Below are positions 1-12,221 of a DNA stretch of 64,000 nt, in pieces. The stretch's first letter is position 1. Every line of letters starts with the position of its first letter. This DNA is from Nitrospirota bacterium. GTDB taxonomy: Bacteria; Nitrospirota; UBA9217. The stretch spans positions 736,001-800,000 of the forward strand of contig CAWBNQ010000001.1 of assembly GCA_963790205.1 (NCBI GenBank). Direction: 5' to 3'. The position numbers were made by a program, and so were the translations under genes. The notes beneath the pieces were generated by a model. It saw only the letters and a list, made by a program, of their open reading frames with translations. It was not told where the DNA came from and ran no database searches.

Positions 1-1777
1 ACGGGCTGCGGCGAACCCCAGTGTCTGGTCCGTGCGCTTATCAACTACGTCCGGTCCCACCCAAAGGCCTTTTTTGACGCCGAGCTGCTCCAGGTCTGGA
101 CCCTGGGCGTTGCGCCCTATGCAGACGAGAAATTCAAGGATAACTTCCGCCACAATTCCTTTTTCATCGGCAACAACATCCGCGAAGCGGTGAACCAGCG
201 GCCTCGCCGACTATACCCCCGTTTTTCTCTCCCAGGTGCCGGGCCTGTTCCAGAAAAAGCTGGTGCCCGTGGATGTGGCGCTCATCCAGACCTCGCTCCC
301 GGACGAGCACGGCTTCATGAGCCTCGGCATCAGCGTGGACATCGTGAAAGCCGCATCCGAGAACGCGTCGCTCGTCATAGCCCAGGTGAATGCCCGCATG
401 CCGCGCGTTCTCGGCGACACCTTTATCAACATCAAGGACGTGGATTTCATCATCCCCTGCGACGAGCCGCTCCTCGAATACGAGGACACGGTGTCCGACG
501 AGATCACCCAGAAGATCGGCACCTATGTCGCCCGCATCGTGCAGGACGGGGACACGATCCAGGTGGGGTACGGGAGCATCCCGAATGCGATCCTGGCGCA
601 CCTCCAGAAAAAGGAGCACCTTGGCGTTCATACCGAGCTTTTGACCGACGGGATCGTGGACCTGATGAGAAGGCGCGTCATCGACAACACCCTGAAGGAG
701 CTGAACCGCGGAAAGACCGTGGCCGCCTTCTGCATGGGCAAGCGCGATACCTACGAGTTTCTCCACGACAACCCGGCCATCGAGTTCCGGCCGGTGAACT
801 ATACCAACAACCCCACGGTGCTCGCGCGCCAGAAGAACATGACCGCCATCAACAGCGCGCTCGAAGTCGACCTCTCGGGCCAGGCAACGGCCGAGTCCAT
901 CGGCAAGACCTTCTACAGCGGCATCGGGGGCCAGGCGGACTTCATGCGCGGCGCGATCCTCTCGCCGGGGGGCAAGACCATCCTGGCGCTCCAGTCCACG
1001 GCCGAGGACGGCGCGGTATCGCGGATCGTGCCGTTCCTCAAGGAAGGCGCGGGAGTGACACTCTCCCGGGGCGACATCCACTACGTCGTCACCGAATACG
1101 GCATCGCCTACCTCCACGGGAAGAACATCCGCGAGCGCGCCATGGACCTGATCGCGATCGCGCACCCGAAGTTCCGGGAACGGCTCATCGAGGAGGCAAA
1201 GGAGCGCAGGCTCATCTACAAGGACCAGGCCTTCATCCCCGGAGTGCAGGGAGAATATCCCGAGGAGCTTGAGACGTACAAGACCACGCGGACCGGGCTG
1301 CAGCTCCTGTTGCGGCCGGTAAAGCTTTCCGACGAGCATCTTTTAAAGGACTTCTTCTATGCCCTCTCGAACGACTCTCTGTACCGTCGGTTCATCTCCA
1401 CCCGCACCGATATGCACCACGAGCGGCTCCAGCCCTTCGTGGTGATCGACTACACCCGGGAGATGGTGATCCTCGCGGTCCTGCAGCACGAAGAGACGGA
1501 GATGATCGTCGGCATGGCCCAGTACATGATCGAAGAGACCACGCACACGGCAGAGGTCGCCTTCGTGGTGCGCGACGACCACCAGGGCAAGGGCATCGGC
1601 CAGGAGCTTCTCACCTATGTGACCTATCTGGCACGGAAGAGCGGCCTGCTCGGCTTCACGGCGCAGGTCCTGATGGAGAACCGGCAGATGCTCCAGCTTT
1701 TCGAAAAAATGGGGTTCATCATCGAGAAGCGCGCCGAGAGCGGGATGTACGAACTCAAAATGTCGTTCAGGGATTGA
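1..1777 (+). CDS. Acetyl-CoA hydrolase/transferase fused to a C-terminal GNAT acetyltransferase (5'-truncated by window; +1 frameshift near 198)
   Basis: Frame 1 from base 1 reads TGCGEPQCLV...NIREAVNQ and continues after one extra base as GLADYTPVFLSQVPGLF into ORF 236-1777. Hydrolase motifs DGDTIQVGYGSIP, HLGVHTE, SGIGGQADF; GNAT tail AEVAFVVRDDHQGKGIG. Confidence 0.88.
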
Positions 1778-2139
1778 CACCGTTGAACGCAGGTGCTGCA
1801 GACTGCGCTGATACCATAAAAAGCGCAGGTTCCGGAGCATTTCTGCCGTCTTCACAAACTAAGGAATAGAATGAAATGCTCTTTTTATGGTATGTTTATC
1901 TGGCAAAAACTTCTTCCTGAATCATGGATATGTTCTGGACTGAATGGATGTGCGGAATACATTTTGTATTCGCGTAAGGCCTATTCATTCGAGTCCGGCA
2001 TGGGGAGCCACGCATGTCGAATACTGGACACCTTTTCATCTCAGGGGTGGATTGCATAGCCCTTGATGAAATTTTAGCTTTTTTCCTGTAGTTTTTTCAA
2101 AAGTAATTCATTTTCAATAAACATGATTAGGGGGTGAGC

Positions 2140-2507
2140 ATGATAATAGATTCCGTTCCTAATCGCGCTGTGGATTATTGCAATCTTTTTAATCAATGAT
2201 CAAATTCGAAAAGGATCACTAAAGAAAACACACGCGCATTACAGCGAGACATTTTTCACCGGATCTGCCGCCCTATAGAACTTTCAAAGCAATAATGGCA
2301 TTCGCGACCCAAAAGGGCTATCAAATTGACGACTTTGACAAACAACATCTTGCAGAAATATTAAACGAAAGAATGACATGGAAACGCTCTGGTTCCCTCT
2401 ACCCGATTTATGTTCGTGAACAGGCCGGCAGAACCATAGTGGAAGTTGGTATTACAAACAAGCTCGGGAAAGTTTTTTATTTAGTCCATTCAACAAAAGG
2501 GTCTTGA
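2140..2507 (+). pseudogene. Degraded or frameshifted small AT-rich ORF, probably membrane-anchored, unknown function
   Basis: SD-like GGGGTG then ATG at 2140. Hydrophobic FLIALWIIAIFLI segment in a shifted frame, joining ORF 2295-2507 after a second shift. Lies in an AT-rich tract. Confidence 0.4.
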
Positions 2508-2779
2508 CTGTGCGTCTCGAACGTATGCTCAACGCTGTTAAAGGTGCGGTGTTCGCATTATGAAAGAACAGATGAGGATGAAAAAAAATATTAAAAAGTA
2601 CCCAACAAATCAATCAAGCCAATAGGGAATCACCGAGGTTCATTGCCAGTTTCTTTGCAGCGATCTTTGGGGGGGCTCTTGTAAGTTACTACCGGTATTT
2701 TTGACCCTTTGTCGGGAAATGAATTGACACACGCTGTGCAGACGAAATCTAAACTTACAATTAGGGACGGGAGGTGCTC

Positions 2780-3250
2780 ATGAAAGTTTCCTGGTTTTCA
2801 TTCTACCAGTTGGTCCTTGCCCTGTGGGTCGGGGGTATTTCAATCGTTACCTTCATGGTCACGCCCATAATATTCAAATCCTATGGACGGGACACTGCCG
2901 GCGGGATCGTGGGAAAACTGCTGCCCCCCTACTTCTGGTACAATCTCATTCTTGCGGCCCTTGCCTTGGTCGTATTTTTCCTGGTCGCGGCGGACCGGTC
3001 GGAGACCGCCTCCCGGCTTTCGCTTGTTCTCCTGTCGGCAGCGCTTCTTATCAATGTTTTTATCGTATTTAAACTCCATCCCGAGGCGGTCACGGTGAAG
3101 CAGGAAGTTACCTCCTTCGAGCGAGAAGCTCCAGACTCGCCGGCGCGAAAAAAATTCACGAGGTTGCATGCCCTGAGCGCAACGTTGAACCTCTTTCTCC
3201 TTGCTGACGGGATCACCCTCCTGATGATCGCTCCGACGATAAAAAAGTGA
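2780..3250 (+). CDS. DUF4149/TMEM205-like four-TM membrane protein
   Basis: SD GGGAGG; LALWVGG...TPIIF...AGGIVGKL pattern; C-terminal KKFTRLHALSATLN. Confidence 0.75.
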   Translation: MKVSWFSFYQLVLALWVGGISIVTFMVTPIIFKSYGRDTAGGIVGKLLPPYFWYNLILAALALVVFFLVAADRSETASRLSLVLLSAALLINVFIVFKLHPEAVTVKQEVTSFEREAPDSPARKKFTRLHALSATLNLFLLADGITLLMIAPTIKK

Positions 3251-3351
3251 TGAAAAGAGAGGGGACTGCTGCAACCTGAGGAAGAAGAATAAATTTCGCT
3301 TGACTTTTTACGGCGAATAATAGATATTTATACTTCCTTTTTTGAGGAACC

Positions 3352-3427
3352 GGGCGGATAGCTCAGCTGGGAGAGCACAGCCCTTACAAGGCTGGGGTCA
3401 CAGGTTCGATCCCTGTTCCGCCTACCA
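3352..3427 (+). tRNA. tRNA-Val(TAC)
   Basis: GGGCGGATAGCTCAGCTGGGAGAGC; anticodon arm CAGCC-CTTACAA-GGCTG; T arm GGTTCGATCC; encoded CCA. Confidence 0.97.
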
Positions 3428-3433
3428 TAAGCA

Positions 3434-3497
3434 ATTTCGGATTTCGGTTTTAGATTTCGGATTTTATTCCGAATTCGACATTCCGCAATCCGCATTC
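3434..3497. repeat. Inverted heptamer tandem array (ATTTCGG)n...(ATTCCGM/AATCCGC)n between the two tRNAs
   Basis: Left ATTTCGG ATTTCGG TTTTAG ATTTCGG; right ATTCCGA ATTCGAC ATTCCGC AATCCGC. Confidence 0.75.
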
Positions 3498-3501
3498 ACA
3501 A

Positions 3502-3578
<77 letters not shown>

Positions 3579-3606
3579 TTTTTCAAAGATATTCTGTAGA
3601 GATAAT

Positions 3607-3644
3607 AAAAAGCCGGGGTATCACGCCCGGCTTTTTGCTTTTTT
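3607..3644. terminator. Bidirectional intrinsic terminator
   Basis: AAAAAGCCGGG-loop-CCCGGCTTTTT between the convergent tRNA operon and ferritin-like gene. Confidence 0.8.
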
Positions 3645-3662
3645 AGCCGAGTTCTTTGGAGA

Positions 3663-4088
3663 TTATTTCCCGAGCAGCGTTGTGAATGTGTCGTGGTGGT
3701 CCTCTTCTTCCGCGAGGATCTGCTCGAAGAGCAGCCGCGTGGTGGTATCGCCTTCCGACTGCGCCTGCTTGATAATGGCCTTGTACAGGTCTATCGCCTC
3801 CTCCTCGGCTCTCGCGTCGAACTCGAGCATCTCTTTCATGGAGCCGCTTACCTTGATCGGATCGGGCTTGGTGGTCGGGACGACGTTGAAATAAAAAATC
3901 CGTTCGGCGATTTTTTCCGCGTGTTTCATTTCCGTGATCGCCGTGTCCTCGAACACATCGGCGATCTCCGCGGATTCCAGGCCCTTGGCCATGACATGCT
4001 GCCACATGTATTGGACGCTCACCTGTATCTCCCGTGCTATCGCCTTGTTCATCATGTCCGTTAATGTTGCGCTTGCCTTCTGTACCAT
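3663..4088 (-). CDS. Ferritin-like/bacterioferritin-family diiron protein
   Basis: LTDMMNKAIAREIQVSVQYMWQH, EMKHAEKIAERI, EEEAIDLY, EEEDHHD (two ExxH motifs). Confidence 0.85.
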   Translation of the reverse strand: MVQKASATLTDMMNKAIAREIQVSVQYMWQHVMAKGLESAEIADVFEDTAITEMKHAEKIAERIFYFNVVPTTKPDPIKVSGSMKEMLEFDARAEEEAIDLYKAIIKQAQSEGDTTTRLLFEQILAEEEDHHDTFTTLLGK

Positions 4089-4249
4089 GATCATCTCCTT
4101 TCCTCATGTGAGGGAATGTGCGAAGCCCAGCTTGAATAGTATCATAGCTGCGGGAAAAATGCTAAAAAGTCGGGTGGTTGCGATTACCCGGGGAAACAAG
4201 AACGTAGCAGCCCTCGCAAGCATATGTCCAACCTCCCGAATCAGATTCA

Positions 4250-4279
4250 AGTATAGCAGCGGAGCCGCTCTCCCGTCAA
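4250..4279 (-). promoter_or_regulatory. sigma70-type promoter pointing at the ferritin-like gene
   Basis: Minus strand TTGACG-N18-TATACT with extended TGn. Confidence 0.55.
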
Positions 4280-4377
4280 CAAAACCGCCCCTTTCTTCCC
4301 CGGGGTCCGCTTGGGCCGCCGAAAGGCCAAAGTCCCTGCCCGGCAGGCGTTTTATCAAGCGCAAACCTATGTTTTGT

Positions 4378-4406
4378 TTGACATCCCCCGGGGTTTCTGG
4401 TAAAAC
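4378..4406 (+). promoter_or_regulatory. sigma70-type promoter for cyclophilin and downstream arg/lys genes
   Basis: TTGACA-N17-TAAAAC with TGn. Confidence 0.6.
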
Positions 4407-4468
4407 ATTACAGCGACCGTTTTTCAAACTGAGATCAATCAGGCACGGCACCTGCTTCAGGAGGCATT

Positions 4469-5065
4469 TTGATGAAAAAAATTCTTGTAGTGCTTTTCCT
4501 TCTCACCCTCTTCACCGGGCTCCAGGGATACGCTCAGCAGCCATTGAAAAAATTTTCCGCACAGGAGATCAAGAAAATGTCGACGACCAAAGCGATTATC
4601 GAAACGAAATTCGGCAACATTACGCTGAAATTTTTCCCCGACGTTGCCCCGGGACACGTGAAGAACTTCATCGACCTCGCCAAGAAGGGTTTTTATGACG
4701 GGACCACCTTCCACCGCGTGATCCCCGGTTTCATGATCCAGGGCGGAGACCCGAATTCGAAGAACCCGGACAAGCGGACGCACGGCCAGGGCGGTCCGGG
4801 CTATACGATCAAGGCCGAGTTCAACGACCGTCCGCATAAGCGCGGCACGCTCTCGATGGCGCGGGCCCAGAACCCCGACAGCGCGGGCTCACAGTTCTTC
4901 ATCTGCGTGAAGGACGCGCCGTTCCTCAACCACCAGTACACCGTGTTCGGCGAGGTGGAGAGCGGCATGGAGGTCGTAGACCAGATCGTTTCGCAGCCCC
5001 GGGACCCGAACGACAACCCGAACGAACGCATCGAGATGAAAGTCAAAATAGTCGAAGCTCAATAG
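4469..5065 (+). CDS. Exported cyclophilin-type peptidyl-prolyl isomerase
   Basis: Signal peptide; FYDGTTFHRVIPGFMIQGGDP; LSMARAQNPDSAGSQFFI. Confidence 0.93.
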   Translation: MMKKILVVLFLLTLFTGLQGYAQQPLKKFSAQEIKKMSTTKAIIETKFGNITLKFFPDVAPGHVKNFIDLAKKGFYDGTTFHRVIPGFMIQGGDPNSKNPDKRTHGQGGPGYTIKAEFNDRPHKRGTLSMARAQNPDSAGSQFFICVKDAPFLNHQYTVFGEVESGMEVVDQIVSQPRDPNDNPNERIEMKVKIVEAQ

Positions 5066-5073
5066 TCGAGAAG

Positions 5074-5129
5074 CGGTCGTCAGTCGATAGTCAAACGGTT
5101 CTTGACTGCCGACTATCGACTGCCGACCG
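5074..5129. repeat. Inverted heptamer tandem array (YAGTCGA-like)
   Basis: CGGTCGT CAGTCGA TAGTCAA / TTGACTG CCGACTA TCGACTG CCGACCG. Confidence 0.75.
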
Positions 5130-5150
5130 TGTTTCTGGAGACTACGTTCA

Positions 5151-6356
5151 TTGAAGCAGGACATCAAAAAAATCGTCGTGGCCTATTCCGGCGGGCTCGA
5201 TACGTCGGTCATCATCACCTGGCTCAAGGAGATCTACGGCGCCGAGGTGATCGCCTTTACGGCCGACATCGGCCAGGGCGAAGAACTGGAACCGCTGCGT
5301 GAGAAAGCGATCAGGACCGGCGCGAGTAAAATCTACATCGACGACCTCCGCGAGGAGTTCGTCCGGGATTTCGTGTTCCCGATGCTCCGGGCGAATGCCG
5401 TGTACGAAGGACGCTATCTTCTCGGCACCTCGATTGCCCGTCCGCTCATCGCCAAGCGCCAGATCGAGATCGCCGTCAAGGAAGGCGCCGATGCGGTCTG
5501 CCACGGAGCCACGGGCAAAGGAAACGACCAGGTCAGGTTCGAGCTGACCTACTTTGCGCTCAAGCCCGACGTAACAATCGTCGCACCCTGGCGGGAGTGG
5601 ACCATGAAGGGCCGGGAAGAGCTGATCGCCTACGCGGCGAAGCACAAAATCCCGGTGACGGCCACCAAGTCCAAGCCCTATTCCACGGACCGGAACCTGC
5701 TCCATATCAGTTACGAAGGCGGCATTCTCGAGGACCCGTGGAAAGAGTCGACCAGCGACATGTACACTATGGCGGTACCGATTGAGAAGGCCCCGGATAA
5801 GGCCGAGTATGTCGAGGTCGCATACGAGGCAGGCAATCCCGTGGCCATCAACGGGAAGAAGCTTACACCGGCGGCGCTCTTGTCCGAGGCGAACCTGATC
5901 GCCGGAGCGCACGGCATCGGCCGGGTCGACCTGGTCGAGAACCGTTACGTGGGCATGAAGTCCCGCGGCGTATACGAAACGCCGGGCGGCACCCTCCTGC
6001 ATGCGGCGCACCGGGCTGTTGAGTCGATCACCATGGACCGTGAGGCTATGCATCTCCGGGACAGCCTGGTCCCGCGGTATGCGGAGCTTGTATATTACGG
6101 ATACTGGTTCGCTCCCGAGCGAACCATGCTCCAGGCGGCAATGGACGAGTCACAGAAGAACGTGACAGGCACTGCGCGTCTCAAATTATATAAAGGAAAC
6201 TGCGACACCGTGGGCCGCAAGTCACCGGTCTCGCTCTACAATCCCGAGCTCGCGACCTTCGAGGCGGACCGGGTCTATAACCAGAAGGACGCAGAAGGTT
6301 TTATCCGGTTGAACGCGCTGAGACTCAGAGTGGGGAGAAACGCAGGCTCCGAATAA
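5151..6356 (+). CDS. argG: Argininosuccinate synthase
   Basis: [44 protein letters not shown]. Confidence 0.97.
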   Translation: MKQDIKKIVVAYSGGLDTSVIITWLKEIYGAEVIAFTADIGQGEELEPLREKAIRTGASKIYIDDLREEFVRDFVFPMLRANAVYEGRYLLGTSIARPLIAKRQIEIAVKEGADAVCHGATGKGNDQVRFELTYFALKPDVTIVAPWREWTMKGREELIAYAAKHKIPVTATKSKPYSTDRNLLHISYEGGILEDPWKESTSDMYTMAVPIEKAPDKAEYVEVAYEAGNPVAINGKKLTPAALLSEANLIAGAHGIGRVDLVENRYVGMKSRGVYETPGGTLLHAAHRAVESITMDREAMHLRDSLVPRYAELVYYGYWFAPERTMLQAAMDESQKNVTGTARLKLYKGNCDTVGRKSPVSLYNPELATFEADRVYNQKDAEGFIRLNALRLRVGRNAGSE

Positions 6357-6455
6357 CAAAGCCCAAATTTCAAATCACATCCAATAACCAAAATACACAT
6401 GCTGGAAATTGAATGTTGGGAACGTATTTGATTTGGTGCTTGAGATTTGGAATTT
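6351..6455. repeat. Degenerate inverted short-period array (CAAAT-rich / ATTTG-rich arms)
   Basis: AACAAAGCCCAAATTTCAAATC...CCAAAA / ...ATTTGATTTGGTGCTTGAGATTTGGAATTT. Confidence 0.55.
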
Positions 6456-6467
6456 CGTCAAACAGAC

Positions 6468-7891
<1,424 letters not shown>

Positions 7892-7895
<4 letters not shown>

Positions 7896-8965
7896 ACACA
7901 CGATCCCGTCGGCGTTGTGTGCTTACCTGTGTGGCGTTTATTTGTCTGGCGCTGGCCGCATCCTGCGGCAGAAAGACCGCCCCGCTTACGCCGCCCAGTC
8001 CGCGGGCCGAGGCAGTCACAGACGTTAAGGCAATAGCGCGCGACGCAGTAGCGTTCCTGTCCTGGCCGGTCCCGACCAAAAATATCGAAGGCAAGGACAT
8101 GAGCCCCGCCGGGATTCTCGGGTTCCGCGTTTTCCGGGCGGAGATCGAGCGCGACAGGAAAAGTGCCCGGTACAAGCTGGTCGCCGAGATCAGTCTCTCG
8201 AAGCCGGCGCCGGCTGAGGTGAGGAGCGGCAGAGTCTTCTGGAGCGACCCAAACTTGCGGTACGGCCAGGTCTATGGCTACCGGATCAGGGTCGTGAACG
8301 CGCACGGGAGAATGAGTCAGCCCTCTGAAGAGGTGCGGGTAGCGCCGCTGCTGTCGCTCGCCGCGCCGAAGACGCTGAGCGCCATTGGAGGGGACGGCAA
8401 GAACTTTCTCACCTGGGCCCCGGTGACCACCCGGGCGGACGGCAGCAAGTACGAGGGCTTCGTAGGGTACAACGCGTATCGGGGAATTGAGAAGGGCAGG
8501 TACGACGAGACGCCCCTCAATAAAGAACCGCTCCGCACGAATACCTATACGGACACGGCAGCGGCGAACAACAAGACCTATTATTACATGGTCCGCGCTG
8601 TGGACAGCCCGATCCAGCCCTGGAAGGAGAGTCTCGATTCACCCGAGGCCTCCGCCATGTCCAGGGACCTGACGCCGCCCGGGAGGCCGACCGGGCTCAC
8701 GGTCGTGCCGGGCGTGGGCAGGATATTCCTCACCTGGAACGAAAACAGGGAACGGGACCTTGCCGGTTACTATGTGTACCGGTCGAGAAAGTACGGCAAA
8801 GAGTTTGAGCGCCTTACGGACAAGCCGATAAACCGCTCAACCTACTCCGATGAGACGGTGAAGCCGGGGGTTTTGTATTACTATGCGGTTACCGCAGTTG
8901 ACACTTCGGGGAACGAAAGCCCGCGGTCCAAGGAGCATAAGGCATACGCTGAAAAGCTGCGGTAA
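7892..8965 (+). CDS. Lipoprotein with LptM/LppL-like N-terminal motif and three FN3-like domains
   Basis: Lipobox LAASC followed by [11 protein letters not shown]3 hallmarks LTW...GYYVYRS...[13 protein letters not shown]. Confidence 0.75.
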
Positions 8966-9040
8966 CGTATTGTAAATTGGAAAATGAAAAGTTAAGGAGC
9001 GAAAAAAAATTTCCAATTTTTCCATCGATGAGAGTCCTCT

Positions 9041-10303
9041 ATGCATGACTTTGTCTATAAAAACGGCGAGCTGTACTGCGAAGGGGTACCTGTAAAGAGC
9101 GTGGCCCAGCGGGTCGGCACGCCCTTTTATCTTTACAGCGGCAATACGCTCGCGAACCACGTCAAGGCCTTTGCCGGCGCTTTTAAAGGCGTTCCGAACC
9201 TCATCTGCTTTGCGCTCAAGTCCAATTCCAATGGCGCTGTGCTGCGGCTGCTCGGCAGGGAAGGGGCCGGGGCGGACATCGTATCCGGCGGCGAGCTTTT
9301 CCGCGCGTTGCGCGCGGGCATTGCTCCGAAGAAGATCGTCTACGCCGGCGTGGGCAAGCGACGGGACGAGATCGAGTATGCGCTCAAGATCGGCATTCTC
9401 ATGTTCAATGTCGAGTCCGGCGAGGAGCTTCTGGCGCTCGACCGGGCCGCGAAGGAAATGCACGCGAAGGCGCAGATCGCCTTGCGGGTCAATCCAAATA
9501 TCGATCCCAAAACGCACGCCTACATATCCACGGGACTCAAGGAGAATAAGTTCGGAATCCCGATCGAGCAGGCATTCGAACACTACCAGACGGCAAAAAA
9601 TCTTTCGCACGTGGAAGTGGTCGGCATACACCAGCACATCGGGTCGCAGATCACCGAAATCCAGCCTTTTGTCGACGCCGTCGAAAAGCTCGTCAGCTTC
9701 GTGAAGGGCCTCCGGTCGGCCGGGATGAGCATTCAATATATCAACATCGGCGGCGGCCTCGGCATTACGTATAAGGATGAGACCCCCCCGCTGCCCAGGG
9801 AGCTGGCGAAGGCCATTCAGCCGCTCCTGAAGGACTGCGGCTGTACGCTTGTGCTCGAACCGGGAAGGGCGATCGTGGGCAACGCAGGGATCCTCGTGAC
9901 GAGAGTTCTTTATCATAAAGAGAGCGGCGAGAAGCGGTTTCTCATTGTGGATGCGGGCATGAACGATCTCATCCGGCCGAGCCTGTACGAGGCCTATCAC
10001 GAGATCAAGCCGGTCATCGAGACGGCATCATCTCACAAGGCCGTGTTCGACGTCGTCGGCCCCATCTGCGAGTCCGGCGATTATCTCGCCAAGGACCGTG
10101 AGATGCCGGAGGTGAAGCAGGGGGAGCTTCTCGCCGTGATGGGCGCAGGCGCATACGGGTTCTCCATGTCATCAAACTACAATTCCCGGGTGCGCGTGGC
10201 AGAGGTGATGGTCAAGGAAAAGGAATATTTCGTCGTGCGCGAACGCGAGACCTACAATGACCTTATCAGGAATGAGAAGGTCCCCCGGTGGCTCGAAGGA
10301 TAG
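9041..10303 (+). CDS. lysA: Diaminopimelate decarboxylase
   Basis: FALKSNSN, DIVSGGEL, HIGSQI, EPGRAIV, GPICESGD. Confidence 0.97.
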   Translation: MHDFVYKNGELYCEGVPVKSVAQRVGTPFYLYSGNTLANHVKAFAGAFKGVPNLICFALKSNSNGAVLRLLGREGAGADIVSGGELFRALRAGIAPKKIVYAGVGKRRDEIEYALKIGILMFNVESGEELLALDRAAKEMHAKAQIALRVNPNIDPKTHAYISTGLKENKFGIPIEQAFEHYQTAKNLSHVEVVGIHQHIGSQITEIQPFVDAVEKLVSFVKGLRSAGMSIQYINIGGGLGITYKDETPPLPRELAKAIQPLLKDCGCTLVLEPGRAIVGNAGILVTRVLYHKESGEKRFLIVDAGMNDLIRPSLYEAYHEIKPVIETASSHKAVFDVVGPICESGDYLAKDREMPEVKQGELLAVMGAGAYGFSMSSNYNSRVRVAEVMVKEKEYFVVRERETYNDLIRNEKVPRWLEG

Positions 10304-10321
10304 GAAATTGCGGATTGTGGA

Positions 10322-11143
10322 ATGAAAAACTTGAAAAAAATACCTTTCTATAAAATGCAGGGGAGCGGCAACGACTTCATCCTGATCGACAACCGCAAGG
10401 GGATCCTGAAAGGGAAGAACCTCAGGGACCTTGCAACCGCTGTTTGCGATCGCCACTACTCCGTCGGCGCCGACGGCCTCATCGTCATCGTGCCCTCGAA
10501 GCGGACGGACTTCAAGTGGCGGTTCTTCAACGCCGACGGGAGCGAGGCCGAGATGTGCGGCAACGGCTCGCGCTGCGCCGCACGGTTCGCGTACCTTAAA
10601 AAGACCGCAAAGAAGGACATGGCCTTCGAGACGCTTGCGGGGACCATTCATGCCGAGGTCAAAAAAAACACCGTCAAGGTGCAGCTCACCGGCGCGAACG
10701 GTTTGCAGCAACAGGTGGTTGTCCCCTTCGAGGACGGAGCGCGTACCGGTCACTTCATCAATACCGGGGTGCCGCATTTCGTTTATCTTTCCCGTGACCT
10801 CGATGCCGAAGACGTCGACGGCATCGGAAGGCGCACGCGCTACCATGGAATCTTCAAGCCTGCGGGCACGAATGTAAACTTCATTCAGGTGCAGGGCCTG
10901 CACAAGCTCAAGATAAGGACCTATGAACGCGGGGTCGAGGGCGAGACCCTGGCCTGCGGAACGGGCGCTGTCGCCGGCGCACTCATTGCGGGTGCGCTCG
11001 GCCTTGTCTCTTCTCCGGTAGAAGTGTCGACCAGGGGCGGAGAGAGGCTTACGGTCTCCTTCGAGCGCGGGAGCGAGGGATTTCGCGACATTTACCTCGA
11101 GGGCCAGGCACAAGTGATCTGCGAGGGGAATTTATATCTTTAG
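10322..11143 (+). CDS. dapF: Diaminopimelate epimerase
   Basis: [29 protein letters not shown]. Confidence 0.96.
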   Translation: MKNLKKIPFYKMQGSGNDFILIDNRKGILKGKNLRDLATAVCDRHYSVGADGLIVIVPSKRTDFKWRFFNADGSEAEMCGNGSRCAARFAYLKKTAKKDMAFETLAGTIHAEVKKNTVKVQLTGANGLQQQVVVPFEDGARTGHFINTGVPHFVYLSRDLDAEDVDGIGRRTRYHGIFKPAGTNVNFIQVQGLHKLKIRTYERGVEGETLACGTGAVAGALIAGALGLVSSPVEVSTRGGERLTVSFERGSEGFRDIYLEGQAQVICEGNLYL

Positions 11144-11199
11144 GTAAACCCGGAAACGCGAAACTGAACAACTGGAATTTTTTGCCGAAGGAGGCTATT

Positions 11200-12073
11200 A
11201 TGTTCAAGGGTTCAATGGTTGCAATCGTTACGCCGTTCAAGCATGGCAAGGTGGATGAGAAGGCCCTCGGCGAGCTCATCGAGTTCCATATTAAGAGCGG
11301 CACGGATGTGATCGTGCCCTGCGGCACCACGGGTGAATCAGCCACGCTCTCCCACGAGGAGCACCACCGGGTCGTGGAGCTTACCGTCAAAACGGTGAAC
11401 AAACGCGTCCCGGTCGTTGCCGGCGCAGGCTCGAACTCGACCTCCGAGACGCATGGAACTCACGAAATATGCCATGAAGGCCGGGGCCGACGGCGTGCTC
11501 CTCATCACTCCCTACTATAACAAACCGACACAGGAAGGCCTGTACCAGCACTTCAAGAAGGTTGCCGAGTCCGTTGACATCCCGATCGTGCTCTACAACG
11601 TGCCGGGGAGAACGAGCGTAAACATGCTGCCCGCCACCGTCGCACGGCTCCGCACCATCAGGAACATCGTCGGCATCAAGGAAGCCACGGGCGATATGAA
11701 GCAGGTGAGCGAGCTTATCCGGCTCTGCGGCAGGGACTTCGACGTGATCTCGGGCGATGATTTCACGACGCTGCCGCTCCTCGCTCTCGGCGGCGTGGGC
11801 GCCATTTCGGTGACGGCAAACGTCGTCCCGGCCGATGCCGCCGGGATGTTCGATGCCTTCTTTGCCGGAAAAAGAGAGGAGGCGCTCAAATTCCACTACA
11901 AGATGGAGCCTCTGCACGGCGCCATGTTCATTGAGACCAATCCGATCCCGGTGAAGACCTCGCTCGCGCTCATGGGCAAGATCTCCGAGGAGTTCCGCCT
12001 CCCGCTCTGTCCCATGGCCGAGGCGAACAAGGAAAAACTGAAAAAGGCCCTGAAGGATTACGGGCTGATTTAA
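11200..12073 (+). CDS. dapA: 4-hydroxy-tetrahydrodipicolinate synthase (+1 frameshift near 11450)
   Basis: N-part GTTGES in ORF 11182; C-part [27 protein letters not shown] in ORF 11417. Confidence 0.93.
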
Positions 12074-12221
12074 TTTTTTATCACAAAAGACAGACCCGCA
12101 CCCGCATTACCACCCGTAACCGCTCGGTGCAGGCGAAGTCACGAAGAAAGCAGAAAAAAGCGACCTGGTTTTCTTAGTGTCTTAGATACTTCGTGGTGAA
12201 TTGTTTTCAAAGGAGCTATCC

